DNA of 64,000 bases from Capsulimonadales bacterium (GCA_033762295.1 JANRLW010000043.1:92715-156714), one strand, 5' to 3'. Counted from the first letter of the stretch, positions 21,421 through 29,856 are shown. The notes: generated by a model not told the origin, from the sequence alone. A program made the numbers and translations.

Positions 21421-21631
21421 GCCCTTACCTTCGGTGCGTCCCGGCCATTTCCCTGCCGTTCACAGCGTCCGGCTTTTCCAGCGGTTTCCTGGCCGGTGGT
21501 CGAAAAAGAATCAGGAGGAAGTGGGGACGAACGTCTGTTGATAAAAGGTCTGCTTTACCGGCGATACGCTGGTCGTCATCTTCAGTCCGAACACCCGGTT
21601 TCCAGGCTTTTCGCGATAAAATTCCGATGAA

Positions 21632-21859
21632 ATGATTGATTACTACTCTCGTGTCCGTTTACAATCGGACAGGTTCCTCCACGAAGGACTGGCAATTGGT
21701 GCTCTCGGCTATGTTATCGAAGTGTATGACGATGGGTTCTGCGAGGTCGAGTTTTCGAACGAGCAGGGATTTACTTCCCCTCAAATAGTCGCTCATGAAA
21801 CGGAATTGGAGTTAGTTGAAGAATCACCATGTACGAAAGGTAATGCCGGGATGGGGTAG
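21632..21859 (+). CDS. DUF4926-like small protein (putative immunity)
   Basis: VRL...GLAIGALGYVIEVY...EVEFS...G pattern. Confidence 0.65.
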   Translation: MIDYYSRVRLQSDRFLHEGLAIGALGYVIEVYDDGFCEVEFSNEQGFTSPQIVAHETELELVEESPCTKGNAGMG

Positions 21860-21979
21860 ATGACCGGTGGTGATAGTGAAAGCGTTTTTGGAACTTATTG
21901 GCCACCAGGGGAAAGCTTTCTCGACACACGTGCGCACTCAATTATATGAGTAAATGATTCGGCAAACGCGAGAAAAACA

Positions 21980-22446
21980 TTGACCTTCGATCTTGAGATA
22001 GAACGCAATCCTTCCGGCCACGACGACCTCATTCTGCACTTTGCCGGACGGGCGTGGCCGTGTGATTCATATTATCTTGGACTCGCCCCTGACGTTTTAC
22101 CGGACCAACACGATCGATACAAGATCCGGCTGGTTTTATGTTCGCTGTTGCGACAGTGGGTGGAGACGGTGACAAACCTTTCGGAATCCGGTGGCGTGTT
22201 CTTCCGTACGATTTTTCGGACGAGTACACCGGATGGCTCCAATGCCGGCGCTTCGGTGACTTCGTCGTCTTATGTCGCGGATGGTCAACAATCGAAGGGT
22301 GGAGTATTAACCCCTCTTCTGTCGGGGAATATATATACCATGTTCCGAACTTTCAACCGGATGCCCCGAAACTGGAGGCCAATTTCAGGGAGGTCGTAAA
22401 TACTTGTATGGTATTGCAACGCCGATTCTGTGGCGGCCGTCGGTGA
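21980..22446 (+). pseudogene. Frameshifted immunity-like gene
   Basis: ORF 21980 (…LLRQWVETV…GGVF) continues in another frame as LPYDFSDEYTGWLQC; shift near 22200. Confidence 0.55.
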
Positions 22447-22545
22447 CCCTTTACCATCGGTGAAGTCCGAATCGCGATCTTTGTCGTCCGAAAGACAGGG
22501 AACGGTCCGAGGGGGCCTCCGTAACGTCGCCCTGCCAGAACGCCC

Positions 22546-22712
22546 GCCGTCTCGAGACGACGTCGGAGCCTCCGTTCTTCGTGTCGGGGCTGGGCTGGGT
22601 CCCGGCAGGACTTCTGTCGATCGGGAACGCAATCGTCACGCGGGCCGGTCCGAAGGCGACCGAGCAGACAAGCGCTGTCGCCAAAGTCGAGACCCAGGTC
22701 GGACGAATCCGT
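22546..22712 (+). repeat. HINT repeat copy 1 (internal fragment)
   Basis: Encodes RLETTSEPPFFVSGLGWVPAG...IVTRAGPKATEQTSAVAKVETQVGRIR; near-identical DNA to the other copies. Confidence 0.9.
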
Positions 22713-22896
22713 TTTCGCCGGTAGCCCGATTTTGCCCGACATGTCAAACGCCTGAATAGTTACCTATTAGGAATTTACCGTTCCCACTCCAGGGCTTGCA
22801 ATGCGGGGCGCGCGGCGCGTGGTTACTGGGGCGGGTGGAGAAGTCTACTACACGTACAACCACTACAATTGTTTTGTTCAGTTGTTCAGGATGTGA
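22713..22896 (+). pseudogene. Remnant of RNase Sa/barnase-type ribonuclease toxin with in-frame stops
   Basis: Manual translation: PILPDMSNA*IVTY*EFTVPTPGLAMRGARRVVTGAGGEVYYTYNHYNCF, matching the RNase Sa pattern EYTV.TPG...RG.RR...G...YYT.DHY. Confidence 0.8.
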
Positions 22897-22902
22897 AAAA
22901 GA

Positions 22903-23322
22903 ATGAGTTGGTTTTATGTTGCTGAGAGTGACGTTACGGATCCGGAATCGTCGTCTACACGGAAAACCGTCCGAATAGATGGTAATACCGTTTCGACCAC
23001 GGACGAACTGTTTGACTGCCTTAGCCAATACCTCGAATTTCCGAACTATTTCGGTCGGAACTGGTCTGCGCTAGAGGACTGCCTGGGTGACCTGCAATGG
23101 CTTGGTACTAACGTCATCACCGTCATTTGGTTTCAATGCCGAACGTACTTCCTAAAGAACCCGGAAGACTTTTTAACCTTTCTTGATGTCTTCGAAAATT
23201 CAGCCAGTTGGCACAAACAGGTCGGTGGCGACTTACGGTTGATACTATCAGATGATTATCTGTATCGTGTTTCCTTAGCTCTGAAAAACGCAACGCTTTC
23301 AAACGAGAACAACCATCAATGA
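22903..23322 (+). CDS. Barstar family ribonuclease inhibitor (immunity)
   Basis: IDG...LEFPNYFGRNWSALEDCLGDLQW. Confidence 0.9.
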   Translation: MSWFYVAESDVTDPESSSTRKTVRIDGNTVSTTDELFDCLSQYLEFPNYFGRNWSALEDCLGDLQWLGTNVITVIWFQCRTYFLKNPEDFLTFLDVFENSASWHKQVGGDLRLILSDDYLYRVSLALKNATLSNENNHQ

Positions 23323-23325
23323 ACT

Positions 23326-23973
23326 GTGACAGGCAGGTGCCGATTATGGCAGCATGCCGTCTTCCATAACGGGGATGGCAGCCGTCTCGAGACGACGTCG
23401 GAGCCTCCGTTCTTCGTGTCGGGGCTGGGCTGGGTTCCGGCAGGACGTCTGTCGATCGGAAACACGATCGTCACCCGCGCCGGTCCGAAGGCGACCGAGC
23501 AGACGAGCACCGTCGCCAAGGTCGAGGCCCAGGTCGGTCGCATCCGTGTCTACATTCTCAACGTTGCCGACCTCAATACCTTCTTTGTTCAGGACGCCCA
23601 CCAAAAGGGACTGCCCAAGTGGGTGCATAACGGGTGTAACCTCATCGAAATTGCAGAGGAAGTACATTCCGTTTTGCCTGTCGGTGCCCAGGATTACCGG
23701 ACCACGGCGGCGGTGCGAGCCTGGACCGGGAAGAGTTTCGAAACTGTTGTTGCTTCCAACCGGACGTATCTGTCGCGCCCTCAACAGGCCGTTGCCGAGG
23801 CATACGGAGCGATTTGTGCATCCGGAAAGGGGCATGCCGAGCTGACGGCGATTCGATATGCGCGAAGTCGCGGATGGAAGGTAATTTCCGTTGCTGCATC
23901 GCGACCGATTTGTGGTGAATGTTGGGTAACGATCAAGGATATTGGTGCGTTTGTGTTAACTGTTAGAAGGTAA
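23326..23973 (+). CDS. Orphan toxin module: HINT fragment plus nucleic-acid deaminase-like C-terminus (23632..23973)
   Basis: After WVHN: GHAE...SRPICGEC zinc-deaminase motifs. No convincing native start. Confidence 0.82.
   Translation: MTGRCRLWQHAVFHNGDGSRLETTSEPPFFVSGLGWVPAGRLSIGNTIVTRAGPKATEQTSTVAKVEAQVGRIRVYILNVADLNTFFVQDAHQKGLPKWVHNGCNLIEIAEEVHSVLPVGAQDYRTTAAVRAWTGKSFETVVASNRTYLSRPQQAVAEAYGAICASGKGHAELTAIRYARSRGWKVISVAASRPICGECWVTIKDIGAFVLTVRR
23371..23631 (+). repeat. HINT repeat copy 2 (C-terminal half, ends WVHN)
   Basis: GDGSRLETTSEPPFFV...FFVQDAHQKGLPKWVHN. Confidence 0.9.
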
Positions 23974-23986
23974 AGGTTAGAAATCT

Positions 23987-24295
23987 ATGCATAAATACCG
24001 TGTCCCCGTTAATTGTTACGTTTACATCGAGGCCGAGGACGATACTGAAGCATTGTTAAAAGCACAGAAATGGGCATTATCGGTCTACGCGGAGGAGAAC
24101 AGTCAGGAATCCCCTTGTGAACGTCCCCCTCTGGAAGGTATCTCGATCAAGGTGGATGACAAGCACGTTATGATATTCACCTCGTTTATGGATCGGGAAC
24201 TGCAAAAAGCGAAGGAATACCAGGAAACGTACTTGCTACCGGCTCTGGTGAAAGCGCGAACGGCTCGGCGGAGAAAAACCAGCGAGACGCCGTGA
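23987..24295 (+). CDS. Putative immunity protein for the deaminase toxin
   Basis: 102-aa ORF starting 13 bp after the toxin stop; positional inference. Confidence 0.6.
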   Translation: MHKYRVPVNCYVYIEAEDDTEALLKAQKWALSVYAEENSQESPCERPPLEGISIKVDDKHVMIFTSFMDRELQKAKEYQETYLLPALVKARTARRRKTSETP

Positions 24296-24325
24296 ACGGG
24301 GCAGGAACCCGAAACGTCTCTGCCA

Positions 24326-24910
24326 ATGGCGTCGGCGCCGTTCGCTGGCAACCGGGTTCCGGCGGGCCGGTTGGCGATCGGGAACGCGATTGTCACGCGG
24401 GCCGGTCCGAAGGCGGCCGAGCAGACGAGCGCTGTTGCCAAAGTCGAGCCTCTGGTCGGTCGCATCCGGGTCTATAACCTCAACGTCGCCGACAACCACA
24501 CCTTCTTCGTTCAGGACGCCCAAGGTAAGGGACAACCCAAGTGGGTGCATAATGAGTGTGACCTCGGCCTGTTGACAGGGAAATCGGCAAAAGTGACGCG
24601 AAAAGGCTTGGGAGTTATTGAGGAACATTTAGCACAGTTAGATCACGCGACGTATAATGACGCGATGATTGGACGCCTTCGTTCTGCGATGGCTAACGGA
24701 CAAAAAATATCCGGTGCGGATTTGAGTTTTTATACTCACGAACTGAGCGAAGCGACAATGATGCAGGGCGGTGCATACACTGACGCAGCATATAATGCCG
24801 CTCATGCGGCGCCACTCGCCAAGTATAAAGTCTCCCCATTTAGTGTTTATCATCCTGACGTTATCAGGGCGATGCCGCAAGAATTCGGGCCAGCGTGGCG
24901 TCGCGCATGA
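24326..24910 (+). CDS. Orphan toxin module: HINT fragment plus unassigned helical toxin tip (24554..24910) with HExxE...H motif
   Basis: After WVHN: ...FYTHELSEATMM...YNAAHAA...KYKVSPFSVYHPDVI. Confidence 0.75.
   Translation: MASAPFAGNRVPAGRLAIGNAIVTRAGPKAAEQTSAVAKVEPLVGRIRVYNLNVADNHTFFVQDAQGKGQPKWVHNECDLGLLTGKSAKVTRKGLGVIEEHLAQLDHATYNDAMIGRLRSAMANGQKISGADLSFYTHELSEATMMQGGAYTDAAYNAAHAAPLAKYKVSPFSVYHPDVIRAMPQEFGPAWRRA
24354..24553 (+). repeat. HINT repeat copy 3 (ends WVHN)
   Basis: VPAGRLAIGNAIVTRAGPK...VYNLNVADNHTFFV...KWVHN. Confidence 0.9.
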
Positions 24911-25458
24911 GGTATTCCGTGATTGAAGCCCCTTTTCATAAACCAGGCACCATACGCATTTGGTTCGATGAGGCTAAACCTTATGATTTCGCTCCTGGGC
25001 GGGTTGTGAAGTTTGAGATTGCAACCCAGCCTTCAGCCATCCGAAGAGAGCGAAGGGTAACAGTGGAACTGGTATTGCGTAGGGCTGGTCTTTTCCCATA
25101 TGGGTTGTTAGGCGCAGCGTTCATCCCAAATGTATCGAACGTATTGCAAATCGAAGTCAATTGCGACAGTCAGACCGATGTAATGGTATTGAATAGTTTA
25201 GCCTTGCAACCGGATACCGTTCTGATAGGTCTTCCCTATGAATATGCTCAAGCAGTTTTAAACAGTGTGGCCCACTCTGACATCAGCGAACAATTGGGAA
25301 GTGGTCTTATCCGCTTTGATTGTGCTGCTCACGGTGAGGTCGGCTCATCTTCATCTGCTTTTGTGCGTTTGTCTCTCATCGTCACGCAACTACTTACGTT
25401 AGATGTAACAGAGCGTAGTTACAATGACATTGCTTCTATTCTTACTCAGATTGAATAG
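24907..25458 (+). CDS. Putative immunity protein, EF-G domain IV (S5 domain 2 fold)-like
   Basis: ATGA overlap with the toxin stop; GLPYEYAQAV and CAAHGEVGSSSSAF resemble EF-G domain IV segments. Confidence 0.65.
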   Translation: MRYSVIEAPFHKPGTIRIWFDEAKPYDFAPGRVVKFEIATQPSAIRRERRVTVELVLRRAGLFPYGLLGAAFIPNVSNVLQIEVNCDSQTDVMVLNSLALQPDTVLIGLPYEYAQAVLNSVAHSDISEQLGSGLIRFDCAAHGEVGSSSSAFVRLSLIVTQLLTLDVTERSYNDIASILTQIE

Positions 25459-25749
25459 CAAGCCGTTAAGGGCAAGTGGTCGGGAGGCACTCTATTGCTT
25501 GCCTCGTGTGTAACCGCCCGCGTACCTTATGAGCATCCTTCCAGCACACTCAGAGGCAGGACGTTTTGCTTTCACAAGGGGGATAGTTTCCCTTCCTTCC
25601 GCAGCCGGTCAATTTCCGGACCAGCGGGCAAGTGGTCGAGTGTCCTTCCAGTCCGTCGCCGCGCCCGCAGGGACAGACGAACTCCGAGAGCGGCTTCGGC
25701 GTGCGGCCAAGGTTGCTGATCTTCGTCCCAGTCGTCCCCAACCGGCTTT

Positions 25750-26076
25750 GTGGCAGCCAAACGCGTCCCGGACACGTCGGTTCGGGAAGTGATCTCGACG
25801 ACGGTGTTGACGTTCGCGGACGGCAGCCGGATCGAGACCACGTCGGAGCATCCGTTCTTCGTATCGGGACTGGGCTGGGTCCCGGCAGGTCGGTTAGCAA
25901 TCGGGAACGCGATCGTGACCCGCGCCGGTCCGAAGGCGACCGAGCAGACGAGCGCCGTCGCCAAAGTCGAGACCCTGGTCGGTCGAATCCGGGTTTACAA
26001 CCTCAATGTCGCCGACAACCACACCTTCTTCGTTCAGGATGCCCACGGTAACGGACTGCCCAAGTGGGTGCATAAC
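25750..26076 (+). repeat. HINT repeat copy 4 (longest; retains TTSEHP and WVHN)
   Basis: KRVPDTSVREVISTTVLTFADGSRIETTSEHPFFV...KWVHN. Confidence 0.92.
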
Positions 26077-26412
26077 GGGTGCATCTGGAAAATCAGTCCT
26101 GTGTTCCCTGATTGGGCAGTTAAAGGAGCCCATTTTACGGCCAATGGAATCGAACTCGCTTTGCGACCGGGACGGGGTGGTGCTATGGTTCTAAAACAAG
26201 TGTTTTCCAAAACGCCCGCTCATCTTGTTCGCGAAGCCATTCAGGACGCGCGTCCGCTCTTACAGGACAAAGCATTTCTCCTCAAAATGCTGGATCGAGT
26301 TAAAGAAGCCAAATCATATGTCCTGGAATATCCTAAAGAAGGAGGGATGGGGCGGTCCGCCGAACTCCATTTTCTTGAAGTTGCCCTGAAACGAGCACTA
26401 AACGGACTTTGA
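25750..26412 (+). CDS. Orphan toxin module: HINT fragment plus unassigned toxin tip (26077..26412)
   Basis: After WVHN: GCIWKISPVFPDWAVKGAHF...GRSAELHFLEVALK. Confidence 0.75.
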   Translation: MAAKRVPDTSVREVISTTVLTFADGSRIETTSEHPFFVSGLGWVPAGRLAIGNAIVTRAGPKATEQTSAVAKVETLVGRIRVYNLNVADNHTFFVQDAHGNGLPKWVHNGCIWKISPVFPDWAVKGAHFTANGIELALRPGRGGAMVLKQVFSKTPAHLVREAIQDARPLLQDKAFLLKMLDRVKEAKSYVLEYPKEGGMGRSAELHFLEVALKRALNGL

Positions 26413-26416
26413 GGGG

Positions 26417-26863
26417 ATGATGCAAATTTCTTTACTGGAATTTTTGCGCTACGGACGGACGGCTGGTCTGCATGCGAACCTCTCCAAAGACGATGTCGAA
26501 GCCATTCTCGGAAGCCCGAACGGTACCGGGGGGGAGACCCGGCGGCGAAAGAATCCTTCCATATATAAATACGAAAGCCTGGAAATAATGTTCGCCGAAC
26601 CTGAACGTCAGAATGCCCACCGACTAACCATCAACCCGTATCCGGATGACTTTATGTTCCCTCCTTCCTGGACGATTGACGATTGGTCATTACATCCGAC
26701 GGATTCCGTTGAAGACGTACAACGCTTTTTGGAGGACAACAACCTCTCCTATGAATTTCGTTACCCGGAACTCTCCAACAAGGTATTGGGCGTCGTCGAA
26801 AGCAGTGTCGAAATCTATTTTGACGACGGCCTGTTATGCAGCATCACCAGCCTACTGAAATAG
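26417..26863 (+). CDS. Putative immunity protein
   Basis: GAGGGG RBS, starts 4 bp after the toxin stop; LSKDDVEAILGSP...IYKY pattern (SmpA/BLIP-like, tentative). Confidence 0.65.
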   Translation: MMQISLLEFLRYGRTAGLHANLSKDDVEAILGSPNGTGGETRRRKNPSIYKYESLEIMFAEPERQNAHRLTINPYPDDFMFPPSWTIDDWSLHPTDSVEDVQRFLEDNNLSYEFRYPELSNKVLGVVESSVEIYFDDGLLCSITSLLK

Positions 26864-27074
26864 GGTAACAAGGTTGCACAATGCCTTATCCAGGTTTTTA
26901 CGCCAACAGACAAAGAATATCAATGGGACGGTCTTTGATATGTTGCCTAGGAAAGGCAACGCCGGATCGATTGTTCGAACGAACTTCACTCGATCCGAAC
27001 GACTGAGTGCGTTAGATCAGTTTTATCAGAATTACCAGGGAGGGGCGTATTACAGCAATTCCTCAATGAAGTAA
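26864..27074 (+). pseudogene. Probable toxin C-terminal remnant
   Basis: Short startless frame LHNALSRFL...ERLSALDQFY directly upstream of an immunity-like gene. Confidence 0.4.
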
Positions 27075-27116
27075 TGGTAGCCATCCGAAACGGTTGGGCG
27101 CGCTAGGGTAAGGTTT

Positions 27117-27716
27117 ATGTCAGAGCAATGGTACTGGTTAGTTCCGAAGGATCAGAGACACAATAACTTCGTGTTTTGGCATGAAGGTCCTCCGCGGACG
27201 GTACGGAATTCCTATTTGCATCTTCGGTGTCCGCAATGTGGAAAAATCGACGAAACCAACGCGGTTTTTCTGCCAACAGAGCCAGATGTCAAAATCCGAT
27301 CTCGTAGCGACATCGTTGGCACGGACGATGGCATGCTCTGCTTCAGTCAGCGGGCAAAATCAGTAACAGAGCAAAATGGCATTGGCGGCTTGCGCTTTCT
27401 TCCCGTGGGTTTGAACCACCAGTACTTTATGGTCTGGCCGACAAACTGGGTGCCCGTGGACCTGTCATCCGCAGGCTTCCAGTATGAGGAAGGGGACCGT
27501 TTCTGTTCCGGTTGTGGCAGACCTCGCCGTGGCGCATATGTTGGCCCGTTACGGCAATCCTTTCCTGTTCCGGACGATGCCGCCTTGATTGTCGCGCCGT
27601 CTGCCTGGCGAGAGGGGTATTATACTCGTAACCTCTGGCTACTGGTTAGCGAAAATACAAAGGCCGTCTTCAAGAGGGAAAAGCTCTCGGGAATAGAGTT
27701 TTCGGTTCCGCTGTAA
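27117..27716 (+). CDS. Double-CXXCG motif immunity-like protein (SitI6/Imm11-like)
   Basis: CPQCG and CSGCG motifs; FSQRAK...GLRF and LVSENTKAVFKREKLSGIEF half-repeats. Confidence 0.65.
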   Translation: MSEQWYWLVPKDQRHNNFVFWHEGPPRTVRNSYLHLRCPQCGKIDETNAVFLPTEPDVKIRSRSDIVGTDDGMLCFSQRAKSVTEQNGIGGLRFLPVGLNHQYFMVWPTNWVPVDLSSAGFQYEEGDRFCSGCGRPRRGAYVGPLRQSFPVPDDAALIVAPSAWREGYYTRNLWLLVSENTKAVFKREKLSGIEFSVPL

Positions 27717-27746
27717 CTCCGCCCATAACAACAAACGAAAAACCGG

Positions 27747-28208
27747 ATGAGGAAATACCCGATCCAGCTTAGCGCTGGCGATTTTGAAACCGGAATTTTA
27801 CCAAACGGTAACCAACTCCTGATCGGAAAGCAGATACCCGGGCTCATCGCAGTTCTCTTTTCACCGGACGGCGACTTTATTCAATTGTTGACGAAACCAG
27901 GTTCCCGTCCTTTATCGGTGCCTTACCGAACCTATGAACTCGAGAGCGATCTGATGCATTGGCAAAAGGAGTTACAGGTCATACCCCATGCGATCGGTGT
28001 TCGAAAGTTCATGATCCGGGAGCATACGATCGGGATCCAGGACATTCCAGATCACTTAACGGTGACCGCGATCGAATCTCTGACGGACGAGGACGACCGT
28101 ATCGCAATGAAAAACGAACTGGCATGCTGGAAAAAGAACCGCTGTTTTGTCCTCTGGTGGGCCAAGGATTACTACATGAACCGACGTGGCGGAATCGATT
28201 CGACGTAA
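27747..28208 (+). CDS. Hypothetical protein, orphan immunity-like
   Basis: Intact 153-aa ORF inside the array ending FVLWWAKDYYMN...IDST. Confidence 0.6.
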   Translation: MRKYPIQLSAGDFETGILPNGNQLLIGKQIPGLIAVLFSPDGDFIQLLTKPGSRPLSVPYRTYELESDLMHWQKELQVIPHAIGVRKFMIREHTIGIQDIPDHLTVTAIESLTDEDDRIAMKNELACWKKNRCFVLWWAKDYYMNRRGGIDST

Positions 28209-28290
28209 GGGGAAAATCAGGGCATCACCGGCCCCTTCTCGATTCCGTGCGATCTCCGGGCAATGACAGCAACGCTCGCATCGGAATTTC

Positions 28291-28461
28291 GTCCTTTCGA
28301 AGAGCGCCGCGACCGGCACTGTGGAAGCGAAGGAGGTTCCGGACACGTCGGTTCGGGAGGTGATCTCGACGACGGTGTTGACGTTCGGGGATGGGAGTCG
28401 TCTCGAGACCACGTCGGAGCCTCCGTTCTTCGTGTCGGGGCTGGGCCGGATACCGGCAGGG
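28291..28461 (+). repeat. HINT repeat copy 5 (N-proximal/middle fragment)
   Basis: VLSKSAATGTVEAKEVPDTSVREVISTTVLTFGDGSRLETTSEPPFFVSGLG. Confidence 0.88.
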
Positions 28462-28492
28462 CAACCGGCGCTGACAACAATTGTAAACTGCC

Positions 28493-29083
28493 ATGAAAAG
28501 TACTATCGCACTGTTTCAGGAAGATGAATTACCTCCCAAACATCCGCGGGTTACCGATAAACGTCCGACAAAGGTCGAAACAATCCTGAAGAAAGTCGAC
28601 TGGCATACCTACGAACAAAACGTTCTCACACTGGTCAAGGGGGCAATCACTTCCTTTTCGCAGTCGCCTGAGGTCACTCCGGTTTGTCAGTTATCCCTGT
28701 TGACGGACGCACAGACAGGGCATAGCATTCTCAGCTTTGAGACCCGCAAAAATCGGGCAGATGTGGAGGAAAAGGATAACCACTTTGTGCAAATGGAAAA
28801 AATCGATCGGGTGCCACATACCATTAATGATAATCCGCGCGAGTTTCGCTTCTGGGCGTGGGCGTCCTACTATCATCGGGAACTGGACGGTCTGAATCTA
28901 TTGGATTTCGCTGTTCCTTCCCACAGGCAAGCCGCAGACCGCAGGATCGCCGCTTCGCTGCGGAATGTTATTAATACTTGTTGGGATGGAAATGTTCTCA
29001 TGCCGTTGCCTTTGGACTTGCCCTTTCATATCGGCATCAATGGCGTAAAGGATTGGTTCTGCGTCGTAAAAGTTCTAAAATGA
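28493..29083 (+). CDS. Hypothetical protein, orphan immunity-like (DUF4303-like, tentative)
   Basis: Intact 196-aa AT-richer ORF right after HINT copy 5 with no intervening toxin. Confidence 0.55.
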   Translation: MKSTIALFQEDELPPKHPRVTDKRPTKVETILKKVDWHTYEQNVLTLVKGAITSFSQSPEVTPVCQLSLLTDAQTGHSILSFETRKNRADVEEKDNHFVQMEKIDRVPHTINDNPREFRFWAWASYYHRELDGLNLLDFAVPSHRQAADRRIAASLRNVINTCWDGNVLMPLPLDLPFHIGINGVKDWFCVVKVLK

Positions 29084-29089
29084 CCTTTC

Positions 29090-29516
29090 GAGTAACACAG
29101 CTAAACTGACAGAGCCACAGGTCGCTGTGAAAGCGGACGCAGACCTCGTCGGCTTCGAGGCAGTCGCCCGGAGCGTCGGAGGCGGGGACAACGCTCGCGG
29201 CCAATCCATGGGCTAGTTGCCGTGCGCTTTTTTCCGGATTTTGCGAACGGTCATTCGGCTGACACCGAAGGTACGGGAGATGCCGTACTGAGAGACACGC
29301 TCTGCCAGCGCGTTGAGGATATGTTGCTCCTTTTCGGGGCTGAGTTGCCTGGGGTTCGGGTTCGGCGTAAAGGTCTTCCGGCAGGCTTTACAACGGAGTC
29401 GTGCGGTTCCGCCTCGGTTGGTGCCGTGCTTGACGACGGTGTCGGGTTTGTTGCAGACGGGACAGAGAATCGCGACCATGCGACCATCATACCATCAACG
29501 CATTAAATTCTATAGC
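29090..29516 (-). mobile_element. insA: Truncated IS1-family element (InsA 29213..29479 plus short InsB fragment)
   Basis: CPVC...KHG...RLRCKACRKTF zinc finger and HTH; A6G slippery run at ~29227-29233; the -1 frame reads ...LEADE...LWL before breaking off. Ends approximate. Confidence 0.8.
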
Positions 29517-29541
29517 CACAAAAGCCAACGGGAGTTGTCCT

Positions 29542-29856
29542 TTGAATTCAAGCGAAATGCGTAATTCCGTCACCGATCTTTTGAATCTGGATACCTTGCC
29601 TTCTGGCAACGATTCTACGGAAGATTACGTGGAGAAGTTTTCTCGGTACCTCAGCATGATCGAACCACCTATCACGGACGCTGAATCAATCGAACTCGCG
29701 AGATTGTTCGGACCCGATGACTGCTTCGGCGTTGCTTGGTCACTACTCCATATTCTCGAGACCGCACCTGGATGGCCCGTTGAAGAAGCGTTGTCCGTCG
29801 TTCCCGATTCTTGGCGTTCGATAATCGATGCCCGAGTAGCCAATCGAAGAAAGTAA
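29542..29856 (+). CDS. Small helical immunity-like protein (Imm30-like, tentative)
   Basis: GGGAG RBS; DDCFGVAWSLLHILETAPGWP motif. Confidence 0.6.
   Translation: MNSSEMRNSVTDLLNLDTLPSGNDSTEDYVEKFSRYLSMIEPPITDAESIELARLFGPDDCFGVAWSLLHILETAPGWPVEEALSVVPDSWRSIIDARVANRRK

Noticed and set aside
25495..25719. Small ORF containing FCFHKGDS as another HINT start or gene
   Set aside because: The match to block A is too weak and the ORF composition looks non-coding.
23371..26076. True self-splicing inteins
   Set aside because: No host protein is interrupted, the N-terminal blocks are missing, and the residue after HN is Gly or Glu, not Cys/Ser/Thr. This fits pre-toxin HINT.
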